Below, piece after piece: positions 47,876 to 58,889 of a stretch of DNA of 58,997 nucleotides; the stretch's first letter is position 1, and the number at the start of each line of letters is the position of its first letter. The stretch covers positions 1 through 58,997 of the forward strand of contig CANSWR010000003.1 of the NCBI GenBank assembly GCA_947650795.1. Direction: 5' to 3'. The position numbers were made by a program, and so were the translations under genes. The DNA comes from an uncultured Bacillota bacterium. Its GTDB lineage: Bacteria > Bacillota_I > Bacilli_A > RF39 > UBA660. Below the pieces are notes generated by a model that ran no database searches, was not told the origin of the DNA, and saw only the letters and a program-made list of their open reading frames with translations.

Positions 47876-50080
47876 TTATGAATTAATACCTTTAATCAAT
47901 TTTTCATATGTTTCATCATCTTCATCATCGTCTTTTTTAATTTTTGGATGTTTAATGTTATGAATCTCTAATTTTAACCAAATATATAAAGCTAAGAATA
48001 AAGATGAAAATGTTCCTGCGATGAGCCCGATTAAAACTGTTATGTTAAATTCTTTTACTCCTGTTGTGCTCAGTGCTAATAAAGTTATTATTGCTGTGAG
48101 TGTAGTTATACTTGTTAAGATATTCCTTTTCATAGAAAAGCTTATGCTTTCTTTTACTACATTTTTTAAATTTTCTTCTGTTTTAGTTTTTAGTGATGAT
48201 ACTTTCTCTCTTGCTATGTCAAATACTACTATAGTGTCATTTATTGAATAACCTATAATGGTTAAAATACCTGCTATGAAAATGAAGTTTATTTCTATTC
48301 TAAATATAGTAAAGAAACTTAATGTTACTAATACATCACTAAGAACACTAATTATTGCACCTATAGCATAATTAGTAGTAAATCTAATTTTTATATATAT
48401 TAGTATAGCAATCGCAGCAAATGCTAATGACATCAAAGCATTTTTTGTTAAATCTTTTTTTACTACATTACTTATAACTGATATATCAGTTTTTATATTT
48501 AATTCACTTAATGTGTCTTTCACTTCTTTTATTTCTTTCTCTTCAAGTGTTTTTTCTAGTCTATAATAATTTTCATTGTCATTAACTTTAGTAGTTTCGG
48601 TAATTTTATATTTATCTAATATATTATTTACTAATTCTTCGTCTATTTTGTTTTCACTTATTAATGTTACACTAGAACCACCTTTAAAATCTATGCCAAG
48701 ATTAACGCCTTTCACACAAGTGACTATTAATCCTACAATAATAATGACACTTATAGTATAAAGGTATACTTTAGATGCTTTGAGATAGTTTCTTGTTTCG
48801 CTTTTCTTTATTTTACCTATAAATAATTTTATTTTCTCATTAAATACTTTACTTTCTATTATTGCGTTCATTATAAGTCTATTTATTAATACCATAGCTA
48901 AAGCTGTCACTATTATTGTTAATATTAACATTGTTGCAAATCCTTTAACACTACTTTCTCCAAATATAAATAGTATTAAAGCTGCTATTAAAGTTGTTAT
49001 GTTCGCATCAATCAGAGAAACAATACTCCTTTTATTTCCATCTTTATAAGCTTTTTCTAGTTTTTTTCCATTTGCTAATTCTTCTTTTATCTTTTCTAAG
49101 GTTATTATACTTGAGTCAATTGCCATTCCTATTCCTAGAATAAGTGCTGCTATACCTGTTAAAGTTAGAACTCCATCAATTAGAGAAAATAGAATAAATA
49201 CGATTATAGTGTATGCTAGTAAACAAATGCTACTAATAAATCCACTAATTTTATAAAAGAATGTCATTATTGCTATTATAACTATTAATGTGATTAGCCC
49301 TGCTATTACAACGTTTTTAAGTGTTTCTGATCCGAATGAAGCATCCACTGTTTTAGTACTTATTTCTGATAACTTAGTAGGTAAACTTCCTGAATTTATT
49401 AAGTCAACTAATTCTTTTGCTTCTTCTTCAGTAAAATTACCTTGAATTATAACGTTGTCAGTAAAAGCTTCTCTTACTGTAGCTGCACTTATACATTTTT
49501 TGTTTCCTTCTTTTCCACATTCATCTTTATTGAATGTGTCTCCTTCTTCAAAGTCTAACCAAATCGTTATTAATTTGTCCTCGCTTTCACTTATTCGTCT
49601 AGTAACATTATAGAATTTATCATTATCTTTTATACTCAAAGCAACTACAGGTAGATTAGTCTCTCTATCATAATCTAATTTTGCTCCTGGAGTATCTAAA
49701 ACTGCTCCTGTCATTAATTCTTCATTTAATGTATTTCTGAATGTTAGCACAGCGGGAGTACTAAGTCTTTGTCTTGCTTGAGTTTCATCTGTTACTCCTG
49801 GAAGCTTTACTCTTATTTTATCTCCTTCAATTGTTATCTCTGGTTCACTTACACCTAATGTATCTATTCTGTTTCTAATAGCTTTATATGTGCTTGTTAT
49901 TTCATCTTTAGATGGTGTTTTTTCGCCTTCAAGACTTTCAACTAAATATAATACTTCAAATCCTCCTTTTAAATCTAAACCAAAATTTAGATTTTTAATA
50001 GTTGGACGTGCTAAAAGTAAGCTACAAACTAGTAATATTGCACAAATAATGATGCTATTAATAAGTTTCTTCTTTTTCAT
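47876..50080 (-). CDS. secDF: Protein translocase SecDF fusion
   Basis: GLDLKGG, LGVSEP, GSLP, GIDFKGG, GYSINDTIV. Confidence 0.96.
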   Translation of the reverse strand: MKKKKLINSIIICAILLVCSLLLARPTIKNLNFGLDLKGGFEVLYLVESLEGEKTPSKDEITSTYKAIRNRIDTLGVSEPEITIEGDKIRVKLPGVTDETQARQRLSTPAVLTFRNTLNEELMTGAVLDTPGAKLDYDRETNLPVVALSIKDNDKFYNVTRRISESEDKLITIWLDFEEGDTFNKDECGKEGNKKCISAATVREAFTDNVIIQGNFTEEEAKELVDLINSGSLPTKLSEISTKTVDASFGSETLKNVVIAGLITLIVIIAIMTFFYKISGFISSICLLAYTIIVFILFSLIDGVLTLTGIAALILGIGMAIDSSIITLEKIKEELANGKKLEKAYKDGNKRSIVSLIDANITTLIAALILFIFGESSVKGFATMLILTIIVTALAMVLINRLIMNAIIESKVFNEKIKLFIGKIKKSETRNYLKASKVYLYTISVIIIVGLIVTCVKGVNLGIDFKGGSSVTLISENKIDEELVNNILDKYKITETTKVNDNENYYRLEKTLEEKEIKEVKDTLSELNIKTDISVISNVVKKDLTKNALMSLAFAAIAILIYIKIRFTTNYAIGAIISVLSDVLVTLSFFTIFRIEINFIFIAGILTIIGYSINDTIVVFDIAREKVSSLKTKTEENLKNVVKESISFSMKRNILTSITTLTAIITLLALSTTGVKEFNITVLIGLIAGTFSSLFLALYIWLKLEIHNIKHPKIKKDDDEDDETYEKLIKGINS

Positions 50081-50370
50081 AATAAATCTCCTTCTGTGTT
50101 AACTTCTCTATCTTGCTCTTTAAGAATTTCTAAACAATAACTTTTAATTATGCTAGAGTCTAAGTCCATTATGTCACTAACCATTCCAGATAGACAAAGG
50201 TTTTCACTTTCTTTCCAAGAATGTTCACTAAGATAATTCCATATGTCTACTTCTTTGACATAGTTAATTCCCATTCTATCTAACTCTTTAACTTTTGAAT
50301 ATAATGCAGGTTTTATTCTTTTATAGAGTTCTTCTACATTTCTAAATTCTATATTATATTTTTTTGCCAT
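50077..50370 (-). CDS. comN: ComN-like post-transcriptional regulator
   Basis: PALYSKV.E...DIWNYL...W; upstream of secDF as in Bacillus. Confidence 0.75.
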   Translation of the reverse strand: MAKKYNIEFRNVEELYKRIKPALYSKVKELDRMGINYVKEVDIWNYLSEHSWKESENLCLSGMVSDIMDLDSSIIKSYCLEILKEQDREVNTEGDLL

Positions 50371-50432
50371 TTAATCTTTCACCTATTAAAGTATACTACA
50401 TTTTTTCGTGCCATTCAATAAACTAAATTCAT

Positions 50433-52523
50433 TTATCTTTTATAATGTTTTATTTTGTATTTTTTATTTATGCTAATTTGTATAGTTCCATCATATGCTG
50501 TATTGTAGACTTTACTTATAGTTTTTAATCTATTTAAAACTTCAATATTAGGATGATTAAAGCGATTATTAAGACCTGAGCTAATAATGCTAGTTTTAGG
50601 TTCTACTTTTTTTAAAAATTCTAAGCTTGAACTGGTTTTACTTCCGTGGTGTCCCACTTTTAATACATCTATATCTTGCAAATCATATTTTTTTATTAAG
50701 TCTTGTTCTACCTTTATTCCTGCATCTCCCATAAATAGAAATTTATGATTATTAACCTCTGTATAAATTACAGATGAATTATCATTCTCATTATTATAAT
50801 CTTTTTTATTTAATAAATATAATTTGTTATTTTCAATGTTTAACTCTTCAATACATGAATAATATGATATACCTTTTTTCTTTAATAGTTTAATTAAATT
50901 TTCTTCTAGTTCATTAATTGTACCACAATTGAATATTACTTTTTCTACTTTAAAATTTTCAACTAGTTTTTGTGCTTCGCCCATGTGATCGTAATCGCCA
51001 TGAGTTAGAATTAGATAATTAAGTTTATATACTCCTATACTTCTCATAAAAGGTATTAATGTATCTTTATATATTTCGTATTCTTTATTCGGTATTTTCC
51101 ATTTTTCTCTTTTAAACTTTATTTTTCCTCCTGTATCAATTAATATGGCAGAAGATTTATGTGGCGTCAATATGAGTGCCGAATCTCCTTGTCCTACATC
51201 TAAAAAGTATATTAATGTTTCATCACTTAAATAAGGATATATTTTCCATAATATAAGAATTAATATTATAGGAAGTATTATCCATTTCTTCTTTGTTTTA
51301 ATTAATATTAAGAGAAAAAAATAATATAGAAATACAATAATAATACTAATACTTGGGAAATATAAAATCAAGTTAACTCTAGTGAGCAACAATGATAAAT
51401 TTTCCATAATGGATGTGAAAAACGTTAATATTTCATTAAAATAAGGAAATATATATACTATAATTGTTAATGGAAATATAATGTAGCTTACAAATGGAAC
51501 AAAGATAAGATTAAATAAAATTCCTAATATATTGATACTACCAAAAAAATATAATGATACGCCTAAACTTGAAATAAATGATATTGTACTTACTAAAAGT
51601 AAACTTAAAATATAGGTTTTATTTTTGATTAAATTAGATGATATTATTAGAAAAAAAGTAGTCGTAAATGTAAGTATAAATCCAACTTGATAGATTATAA
51701 ATGGATTTAGTAATACAATTATGCTAAAAGTTAAGAATAATATATTGATAGTTTTTATGTTAAGATTATATATTTTATTTATTCCAATTAGAAAAAATAA
51801 TAATACTGCTCTCAACATTGATGGACTAAATCCTGTTATAAAAGTAAATATCAATAACACTAAAAATACTAAAAAATATTTAAGTATAGGTTTTAATTTT
51901 TTTAGTATTTTAAGTAGAAATGAACTAAATATACAAACATGAAGTCCTGATAAAGCGAATAGATGACTAATTGAATTAGTTCTATAACTTGATAAAATAT
52001 TATTACTTAAATTGTCAGTATTACCTAATATGTAAGCATATATATATTTATTATCTATTGAAGATGCTCGTTTATAAGCTATGTTTTTAAGTTTGTACAA
52101 AATATTGTCAGTTTTTTTGATGATTTTTAGTTCTTCAATGTTTATTTTATAATATATTTTATTAAAGTATAAATACTTTTTATAATTAAATGAATTAGGT
52201 ATTGTGTTATTATTTGGAATAGTTAATTCGCCTTTTACTTCTATAAGATCGTCAAATTCCAATTTCTCTTTAAAATAATCTTTTTCTTCTTTAGTTTTAA
52301 TATAATATGTTCCTACTATTTTTTCTTCGCCACATAAAGTTAATGTTAGTTTATTACCATCAATTTGATAGTCTTCTATTCTTAATAAAAAATTAGTTTC
52401 ACTAATATCATATTTGCTTTTATAATTAGGAATTAGAGTCACTGCTAAACTATAAAATAATATTAGTAATGCAATGACTCTATAAATGTGATTAGACTTC
52501 AATATATTCTTTAATCTTTTCAT
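50433..52523 (-). CDS. comEC: DNA uptake channel ComEC/Rec2
   Basis: HLFALSGLH, DVGQGDS, THGDYDHMG, KVGHHGS. Confidence 0.95.
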   Translation of the reverse strand: MKRLKNILKSNHIYRVIALLILFYSLAVTLIPNYKSKYDISETNFLLRIEDYQIDGNKLTLTLCGEEKIVGTYYIKTKEEKDYFKEKLEFDDLIEVKGELTIPNNNTIPNSFNYKKYLYFNKIYYKINIEELKIIKKTDNILYKLKNIAYKRASSIDNKYIYAYILGNTDNLSNNILSSYRTNSISHLFALSGLHVCIFSSFLLKILKKLKPILKYFLVFLVLLIFTFITGFSPSMLRAVLLFFLIGINKIYNLNIKTINILFLTFSIIVLLNPFIIYQVGFILTFTTTFFLIISSNLIKNKTYILSLLLVSTISFISSLGVSLYFFGSINILGILFNLIFVPFVSYIIFPLTIIVYIFPYFNEILTFFTSIMENLSLLLTRVNLILYFPSISIIIVFLYYFFLLILIKTKKKWIILPIILILILWKIYPYLSDETLIYFLDVGQGDSALILTPHKSSAILIDTGGKIKFKREKWKIPNKEYEIYKDTLIPFMRSIGVYKLNYLILTHGDYDHMGEAQKLVENFKVEKVIFNCGTINELEENLIKLLKKKGISYYSCIEELNIENNKLYLLNKKDYNNENDNSSVIYTEVNNHKFLFMGDAGIKVEQDLIKKYDLQDIDVLKVGHHGSKTSSSLEFLKKVEPKTSIISSGLNNRFNHPNIEVLNRLKTISKVYNTAYDGTIQISINKKYKIKHYKR

Positions 52524-53229
52524 ATACTGATTCGCCAATACCACTCACATTTTTTATTTCATCTATAGTTTTAAAGGCACCATGAGTATTTCTATAATCG
52601 ATTATTTTATCTGCTTTAGATTCCCCTATGCCATTTAAAGACATAAGCTCTTCTTTAGTAGCAGTGTTAATATTCACAAGTGTATTCAACTTATTCTCTT
52701 CTTTATTGTTAGATTCTTCTTTTTGTTCTTCCTTTTCTTCTATAATACTTGTAATAATCTTTTCTTCAGTTAAACATGCTTTGTTAGTTACTTCACAGTA
52801 AATGTTTTTATTTTCTTCTTGTTTCATTTTTTCTATTTCTTCAAAACTATTTACTATGATAACATCTTCGTCTTTTAGCTTTTTACTTAAATTCAAGTAT
52901 CTCGTATAAGCACCTTCTTTTAAACCACCTGCTTCGTTTATAGCGTCTATTACTCTTCCATCTTCCGTTAAACTATAAACACCTTCATTTACTACAAATC
53001 CTTTAACATCTACTTTAATTATTTTTGGGTCATCAGTTTTCTCTTCTTTGGCAATGCTATCTGTTTGCTTTTCTACAATTGACGCGATTATTTCTTTATC
53101 TTTATTTGAATTTAGTCTTTTATCTATCTGGAAAAATGATAAACAAGTTATGACAATTAAAATAGCTAACATTAAACATAAGATAATCTGTTTTTTATAA
53201 GATTCATAAAAATTTTTTAGGTTCTCCAT
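52492..53229 (-). CDS. comEA: DNA receptor ComEA
   Basis: TM, VDVKG SLBB domain, VNINTA...GIGESKA HhH. Confidence 0.95.
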   Translation of the reverse strand: MENLKNFYESYKKQIILCLMLAILIVITCLSFFQIDKRLNSNKDKEIIASIVEKQTDSIAKEEKTDDPKIIKVDVKGFVVNEGVYSLTEDGRVIDAINEAGGLKEGAYTRYLNLSKKLKDEDVIIVNSFEEIEKMKQEENKNIYCEVTNKACLTEEKIITSIIEEKEEQKEESNNKEENKLNTLVNINTATKEELMSLNGIGESKADKIIDYRNTHGAFKTIDEIKNVSGIGESVYEKIKEYIEV

Positions 53230-53430
53230 TTTTTCACCTCCCTTCTAAATTAAATTTATCATATAAATTTTTAATAGTCAAATGCAGTCAAAATTAAAAA
53301 TTGAGCTATTTTTTTAAAAAAATTTGCCTTATTTGCGTTCGTGTTTTTTAAAAAGTGGCATTAAAATTAAAAATCGGTTCTTCAATTTTCAAAATTGTTT
53401 TATATAAAAAAATATAAGAAATTTTCATTC

Positions 53431-56325
53431 TTACATTTTTTCGATTTTATTTGCTACTAATTGATAATCACTCATCCGTCTTTCGATTCTTCCCATTACT
53501 TTTATTATATCACCTTTTTTTATTCCAAATGAATTTTCATAAACAATTGGAAATACTATTATTGTAATTTTTCCAGTATCATCAGAAGCACTTATAAATG
53601 CCATTTTTTCTTTTTTCTTTGTTGTAGCTTCTTTAAGGGAGTCTATCATACATAAAACATTTATGATTTTATCAAAGTATTTGGTTGCATCTTTTAAAAG
53701 ACATATATTATCTCTTTTAAATTTAGTAACTGGATGATTTTTTATATAAAATCCATATAATTCATATTCCATTTTTATTATTTCATTTTCAGTAAATTCT
53801 TCTTCATATATTATCTGTGGTTTTTCTACAAATGATTCATCTAAATCTTTGCAAAGATTTGCATAATAAGTCCCCGCTGGTAGCATGTTTATCATTGTTT
53901 TTCTGTTTAAACCAAATATATCACAAGATCCTGATATAATAAGGTTTTCTATTGCTTTAATGTTTGTTTTACTATTGTATATTCTTTTTAAAAAATCAAA
54001 ATAATCTATAAAATTGCCTTTTTCTCTTTCTGTTAAAATATTACATACAGTTTCTTTTCCAATACTTTTTATTATTGTAAGAGGCAATATTATTTTTTTA
54101 TCTTTTACTAAGTATTTATCTCTACTTTCGTTTATATTTATTTGTTCAAATGTTATTCCATAAGTTCTCGCTTCATCAATGTATTCCTTTGTTTTTATTT
54201 CGCTTCCAATTACTGAATTTAATTCAGTAGTCATGAAATATTCTATAAAGTGTGCTTTTAGGAATGCCATTTGAAATGCTACTAATGAATATGCTACAGA
54301 ATGAGATTTGTTAAAACCATAATTAGCAAATTTTAAGACTAAATCGTATATTTCTTCAGCAGATTCTTTTTTGTAACCATTGTTTGTAGCACCTTTTATA
54401 AAGTCATCTCTATATTTTATTATTATTTCTTCTTTCTTTTTGCTCATAGCACGTCTTATATTATCAGCAATACTATAAGGAAATCCGCCTATTCTTTTTA
54501 AAATTTCTAAAATTTGTTCTTGATATACAATTATGCCATTTGTATTTTCTAAAATATTTTGTAATTCTGGAACTATGTAATGAGGTTTTTTGCGTTTTTC
54601 TCTAACAGCAATAAATTCTGGAATGCTTTCTCTAGGGCCTGGCCTATATAATGCTATTGCACTAACTAAGTCATCAAAAGTTTTAACTTTGAGACTTTTT
54701 AAAAATGACATCATTCCTTCACTTTCAAATTGAAATATTCCTATAGTATTAACATCATAAAATAATTTTAAAGTTTTATCGTCTGTAAGAGGAATCTTAT
54801 TGACATCAATGTAAATGTTCTTTTCTTCTTTTATTTTGCTCACTATTGTACCTATAGTAGTTAAATTTTTTATTGCTAAAAAATCCATTTTAAGTAAGCC
54901 TATAGATTCAAGATATTCCATAGTATATCCTGTAAGTAATGTGTCTGCACTTTTATAAAGAGGCACTTTGTTTTTTAATGGTTCATCACTGATTATAACA
55001 CCTGCTGCATGTATACTTGTGTGTCTTTTAATTCCTTCTAATTTTTTAGATATTCTTACAAGTTTTTCATATTCTATATCACTATCTTTTACTGAATTAA
55101 AATAAGGACTTTTTTCTAAATCAGTAAAAGTTTCTTTATCTTTTATGGTACTAACTAATTTGTCTATTTTTGAAGTGGACATTTTTAAAATTCTTCCAAC
55201 ATCTCTTAATACTTGCTTAGATAGTAATGTTCCAAATGTAATTATATTTGCAACGTTTTCATGGCCATATTTGTCTTTTACATAGTTAATTAGTTCGTCT
55301 CGTCTTAGATATTCAATGTCTATATCTATATCTGGCATTGTTATTCTTTCTGGATTTAAAAATCTTTCAAATATCAAATCATATTTAATTGGATCTATCT
55401 CTGTTATTCCTATAGAATAGCTAACTAAACTTCCTGCAGCACTACCACGGCCAGGTCCTACAATAATTTTATTTTTTTTAGCATATAAAATAAAATCATA
55501 TACAATTAAAAAATAGTCTGTAAATCCCATTGTATTTATTATATTTAATTCTTCGTTTAGTCTATATTGATAATTTTTTGGAACGTTGCCATTTAGTCTT
55601 TTATTTAAACCTTTATTAGATAATGTTTCAAGTAATTCAACTTTATTTGTGCTATATTCAGGTAATTTAAACTTAAATTTAGGTAGCTGAATATCTATTA
55701 ATTTCGTAAATTCTTTTGTAGTTTTGGCGTCATTTTCTTCTATATCTTTATTTATATGGTTATTAAATATGTAATTATCATATGAGTCTATTGTTTTTCC
55801 GTCTTTTATCATATTTAAATATATTAAGTATTCTTTGTCTATTTCATTTATATATAATCCTTCTGTCATGTAGACTATTTTATCTGTTTCAAGAAGTGCA
55901 TTTCGCTTTTCTTCTAATGTTTTGTATGAAATGTATACAGTATCATAAATTTCTTTATATTTTAAATAATTTATTGCATCATTTGTGACACAAATTAAAT
56001 CATTATTTCTTTCTTTTATGTAATCTATATTAAGACCATTTATATTTCTTTCACTAACAATATTAAGCAAGTTTACATATCCGTTATAGTTTTTAGCATA
56101 TAAAATCATTTCTAAGTTTTCTATATTTATTTTAATTCCAACTATAGGTTTTATGTTATTTTCATTACAAGATTTTATGAATTCCATACAACTAAACATA
56201 TTTGAGTCAGTTATTCCTAGAGCATTAATTTGATTTTCTTTTGCAAACAAAATTAATGTTTCTATTTTTATTAAGCTAGATAATAATTCGTAGTGTGTCT
56301 TGATATTTAAAGGTATGTAATTCAT
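53431..56325 (-). CDS. dnaE: DNA polymerase III alpha subunit
   Basis: GRGSAAGS, MPDIDID, KMDFL, YGFNKSH. Confidence 0.97.
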   Translation of the reverse strand: MNYIPLNIKTHYELLSSLIKIETLILFAKENQINALGITDSNMFSCMEFIKSCNENNIKPIVGIKINIENLEMILYAKNYNGYVNLLNIVSERNINGLNIDYIKERNNDLICVTNDAINYLKYKEIYDTVYISYKTLEEKRNALLETDKIVYMTEGLYINEIDKEYLIYLNMIKDGKTIDSYDNYIFNNHINKDIEENDAKTTKEFTKLIDIQLPKFKFKLPEYSTNKVELLETLSNKGLNKRLNGNVPKNYQYRLNEELNIINTMGFTDYFLIVYDFILYAKKNKIIVGPGRGSAAGSLVSYSIGITEIDPIKYDLIFERFLNPERITMPDIDIDIEYLRRDELINYVKDKYGHENVANIITFGTLLSKQVLRDVGRILKMSTSKIDKLVSTIKDKETFTDLEKSPYFNSVKDSDIEYEKLVRISKKLEGIKRHTSIHAAGVIISDEPLKNKVPLYKSADTLLTGYTMEYLESIGLLKMDFLAIKNLTTIGTIVSKIKEEKNIYIDVNKIPLTDDKTLKLFYDVNTIGIFQFESEGMMSFLKSLKVKTFDDLVSAIALYRPGPRESIPEFIAVREKRKKPHYIVPELQNILENTNGIIVYQEQILEILKRIGGFPYSIADNIRRAMSKKKEEIIIKYRDDFIKGATNNGYKKESAEEIYDLVLKFANYGFNKSHSVAYSLVAFQMAFLKAHFIEYFMTTELNSVIGSEIKTKEYIDEARTYGITFEQININESRDKYLVKDKKIILPLTIIKSIGKETVCNILTEREKGNFIDYFDFLKRIYNSKTNIKAIENLIISGSCDIFGLNRKTMINMLPAGTYYANLCKDLDESFVEKPQIIYEEEFTENEIIKMEYELYGFYIKNHPVTKFKRDNICLLKDATKYFDKIINVLCMIDSLKEATTKKKEKMAFISASDDTGKITIIVFPIVYENSFGIKKGDIIKVMGRIERRMSDYQLVANKIEKM

Positions 56326-56419
56326 TTTAATTCCTCCTATATTCATTATATAATAAGTTAATTTGTATTTCTAGCGAACACTTAAATTTTGCCAAATAAA
56401 AAAGAAAGATTTCTCTTTC

Positions 56420-56884
56420 TTAGTTAATTCCTGTTAAATCTCCTGACGAGCAATCTATTCCAGCTGTTTTACCATTTAGCGCTTGAACATTTTCTTGAAT
56501 ACTATCTACAGACACAGCATCATCAGTTGTGCTAGTATAATAGAAGTTTTTATCAGCCACTGATAATTTAATTATTTTACCTGTCATAGGATCAATTTGA
56601 ACATAATATTTTAATGATTTGTTTTCTGATATATCTAATTTCTTTGTTCCATTTGTTTCTTCTGAGCAATATATAGGACCAGTAGCAGTTCCAAATTGTG
56701 ATGACATATATTCAGATTCAGCTGCTTTATAGATACTTTGTACTTGTGTTACAAATGCTTGTGTTCTTCCACTTGTAAACATTTTTAAAATATTAGGTGT
56801 AACTAACATAAATAATATTGCTAGAATTGCTATAACCGCTAATAATTCAATTAAAGTAAAACCTTTCTTGTTAAGACTTTTCAT
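56420..56884 (-). CDS. Type IV pilin (major-pilin-like)
   Basis: KKG|FTLIELLAVIAIL...P; own TTGACT-17-TATAAT promoter. Confidence 0.9.
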   Translation of the reverse strand: MKSLNKKGFTLIELLAVIAILAILFMLVTPNILKMFTSGRTQAFVTQVQSIYKAAESEYMSSQFGTATGPIYCSEETNGTKKLDISENKSLKYYVQIDPMTGKIIKLSVADKNFYYTSTTDDAVSVDSIQENVQALNGKTAGIDCSSGDLTGIN

Positions 56885-57017
56885 TCTTTATCATCCTCTC
56901 CTTATAATACAAAGCATAACTACTTGCTATATCTTTGTTTACCTTAATTAAATTATACAAAATTAGTAAGTAATAGTCAATTACTATAAGTCATTATTTT
57001 TTAAAAATGTAAAGATA

Positions 57018-57239
57018 TTATTCTTTTGTAACATTCATAAAAGCATTTATAAGATCAATACCTGTACTTAATTTATCTACTTTATCTCTAAATCTTAAAC
57101 CATATCTTTCTTTCATTTCTGCTAACATTTCTTCTACTTTTGCTCCTCTGTTTAGTTTTTTGTACCAACTAGAATTTTCTCTTAAATATTTAAGCGCATT
57201 AGGGTTGTTATATATTTTTTCTCTAATTTCGTATCTCAT
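57018..57239 (-). CDS. ylbE: YlbE-like protein
   Basis: YLRENSSWYKKLNR; follows ylbD. Confidence 0.8.
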   Translation of the reverse strand: MRYEIREKIYNNPNALKYLRENSSWYKKLNRGAKVEEMLAEMKERYGLRFRDKVDKLSTGIDLINAFMNVTKE

Positions 57240-57619
57240 TAATCATCAAAGAACCTTTCGATTTCTGTATTTTTCTTTTTCACAGTTTTCTTTTCTTCTT
57301 TTTTATCTTGTCTTAATGTTACTATTTCTTCTAAAAATCCTAAAGCTTTTTGAAGAGAGCCTATATTCTCTTCCAATTTATCCATGTCAACATTTTTTAA
57401 ATTTCCTAGTATGCTTTTTACACCATCGCTAACTTTTGTATCACTCTTTTTTTCTTCTTTTTCTATACTAGATTTAAAGTCGTCCCATATTGTATTATCA
57501 CTACCATATATATCATATGTTTCAAAAAGAGCTTGCCAGGTAGTTTTTCCTTCTCTTACAAGATCTGATAAGTATTTGTTTTTCGCCGCAAATTCTTTAA
57601 ACTCTTCTTTTTTACTCAT
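57239..57619 (-). CDS. ylbD: YlbD-like spore coat protein
   Basis: FKEF...TWQ.LFE...YG...W. Confidence 0.8.
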   Translation of the reverse strand: MSKKEEFKEFAAKNKYLSDLVREGKTTWQALFETYDIYGSDNTIWDDFKSSIEKEEKKSDTKVSDGVKSILGNLKNVDMDKLEENIGSLQKALGFLEEIVTLRQDKKEEKKTVKKKNTEIERFFDD

Positions 57620-57638
57620 TTGTTTCACCTATTTTATT

Positions 57639-58325
57639 TTATGCGATTTTGTTTGATTTACTACTATTTTCCATGAAACTATAATAGTTTTGGTGACTAA
57701 TTATTATATGGTCTAGTATTTTTATTCCCATTAGTTCTCCTATTTCAATCAACCTGTTTGTGAATTTTATATCTTCTTTGCTTGGAGTAGTGTCTCCAGT
57801 TGGATGATTATGCATGATTATTATGAATGTTGCACTTTCTAATAGAGCACTTTTAAATATTTCTCTTGGATGAAGCGTTATGTTATCAACAGTTCCTTTA
57901 TATAATTCTTCTTTTTTTATTAAATTTAATTTTGTGTCATATAAAAGAACAAAGAATTTTTCTTGTAATTCTCCATAGAAATCATTTTTATAATATTTAA
58001 AAATTTTTTTAGGATTATCTAATTTTATTTTTGCTTGGTTTTCTTTAAACGCTCGTCTTCCCAACTCGAAAGCTGCGACTATAGTACTTGATTTTGCATT
58101 TTTTATTCCTTTTATTTTGTTTAGTCTGTTTATGCTTGTATTTTTCAATTTATTTAAAGATCCTATTTCTTTTAAAATTCTATTAGATAATACATTTACA
58201 GATTCTTCTTTGTTGCCAGTTCTAAGTAATATTGATAAAAGTTCTGTATTTGATAAACTTTTAATTCCAAAGTTTATTAATTTTTCTCTTGGTTTTTCAT
58301 TTTCTATTATTTCATTTAGTTTCAT
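57639..58325 (-). CDS. radC: RadC/JAB-domain protein
   Basis: PREKL, ELLSILLRTG, HPREIF, HNHPTGD..PS..D, LDHIII. Confidence 0.95.
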   Translation of the reverse strand: MKLNEIIENEKPREKLINFGIKSLSNTELLSILLRTGNKEESVNVLSNRILKEIGSLNKLKNTSINRLNKIKGIKNAKSSTIVAAFELGRRAFKENQAKIKLDNPKKIFKYYKNDFYGELQEKFFVLLYDTKLNLIKKEELYKGTVDNITLHPREIFKSALLESATFIIIMHNHPTGDTTPSKEDIKFTNRLIEIGELMGIKILDHIIISHQNYYSFMENSSKSNKIA

Positions 58326-58400
58326 ATAATCCTTTCTTATGAAACCTTGTTTAACTCCTAAACTTTATAATACTCTAAATATATTTAATTCTCAAGTAAT

Positions 58401-58838
58401 TTATTTGTCTTTTTGAGAAAGCAACTTATTTATTTCATTAAGACTTGCTTTTACTACTGTATTTATGTTTTTTTTATTGCTAGTATTTTTGATTATGTTA
58501 TCATAGGCACTTAAATTGTTCTCAAATTCTTCGTTTGTTATTTTAATTACTTTTTTAAAGTTTTCTTTTCCATTTAGGTATAATGATATAAGTTTATTAT
58601 AAACTTCTTCATCTTTTGTTACGCCTATAAATATTTTGTATAATTCTCCTTCTTTTCTAACAATGTAGTTTTCGTAAGATTTGGTAGCTTCAGATAAATT
58701 GTCATAGTCTTTGTAAGCACCTGCTTGTATTAGATATACTTCTGTATATTCCTTTTCTGTTTTTGTATAAAATTTATATATAATGAAAGAAAAACATAGA
58801 GAAATTGCTAATAATATGACTAGTATTTTTTTGTTCAT
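58401..58838 (-). CDS. TM plus SPOR-like protein, possible SpoIIB counterpart
   Basis: YLIQAGAY...Y.IFIG; upstream of radC as spoIIB is in Bacillus. Confidence 0.5.
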   Translation of the reverse strand: MNKKILVILLAISLCFSFIIYKFYTKTEKEYTEVYLIQAGAYKDYDNLSEATKSYENYIVRKEGELYKIFIGVTKDEEVYNKLISLYLNGKENFKKVIKITNEEFENNLSAYDNIIKNTSNKKNINTVVKASLNEINKLLSQKDK

Positions 58839-58855
58839 AATTTTCACCTATTATT

Positions 58856-58889
58856 AGTATATCTTTATGTTTTATGTAAATTTGTCGAA
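58856..58889 (-). promoter_or_regulatory. Spo0A-type promoter (0A box over -35, 21-bp spacer)
   Basis: Perfect TGTCGAA at 58883-58889; minus strand TTCGACA-21-TATACT. Confidence 0.6.

Noticed and set aside
53240-53420. Possible ComK boxes upstream of comEA
   Set aside because: A/T tracts are ubiquitous here and cannot be separated from background.
677-58329. Numerous 60-130 aa plus-strand ORFs inside minus-strand genes
   Set aside because: Antisense shadows of conserved genes, with no RBS or motifs.
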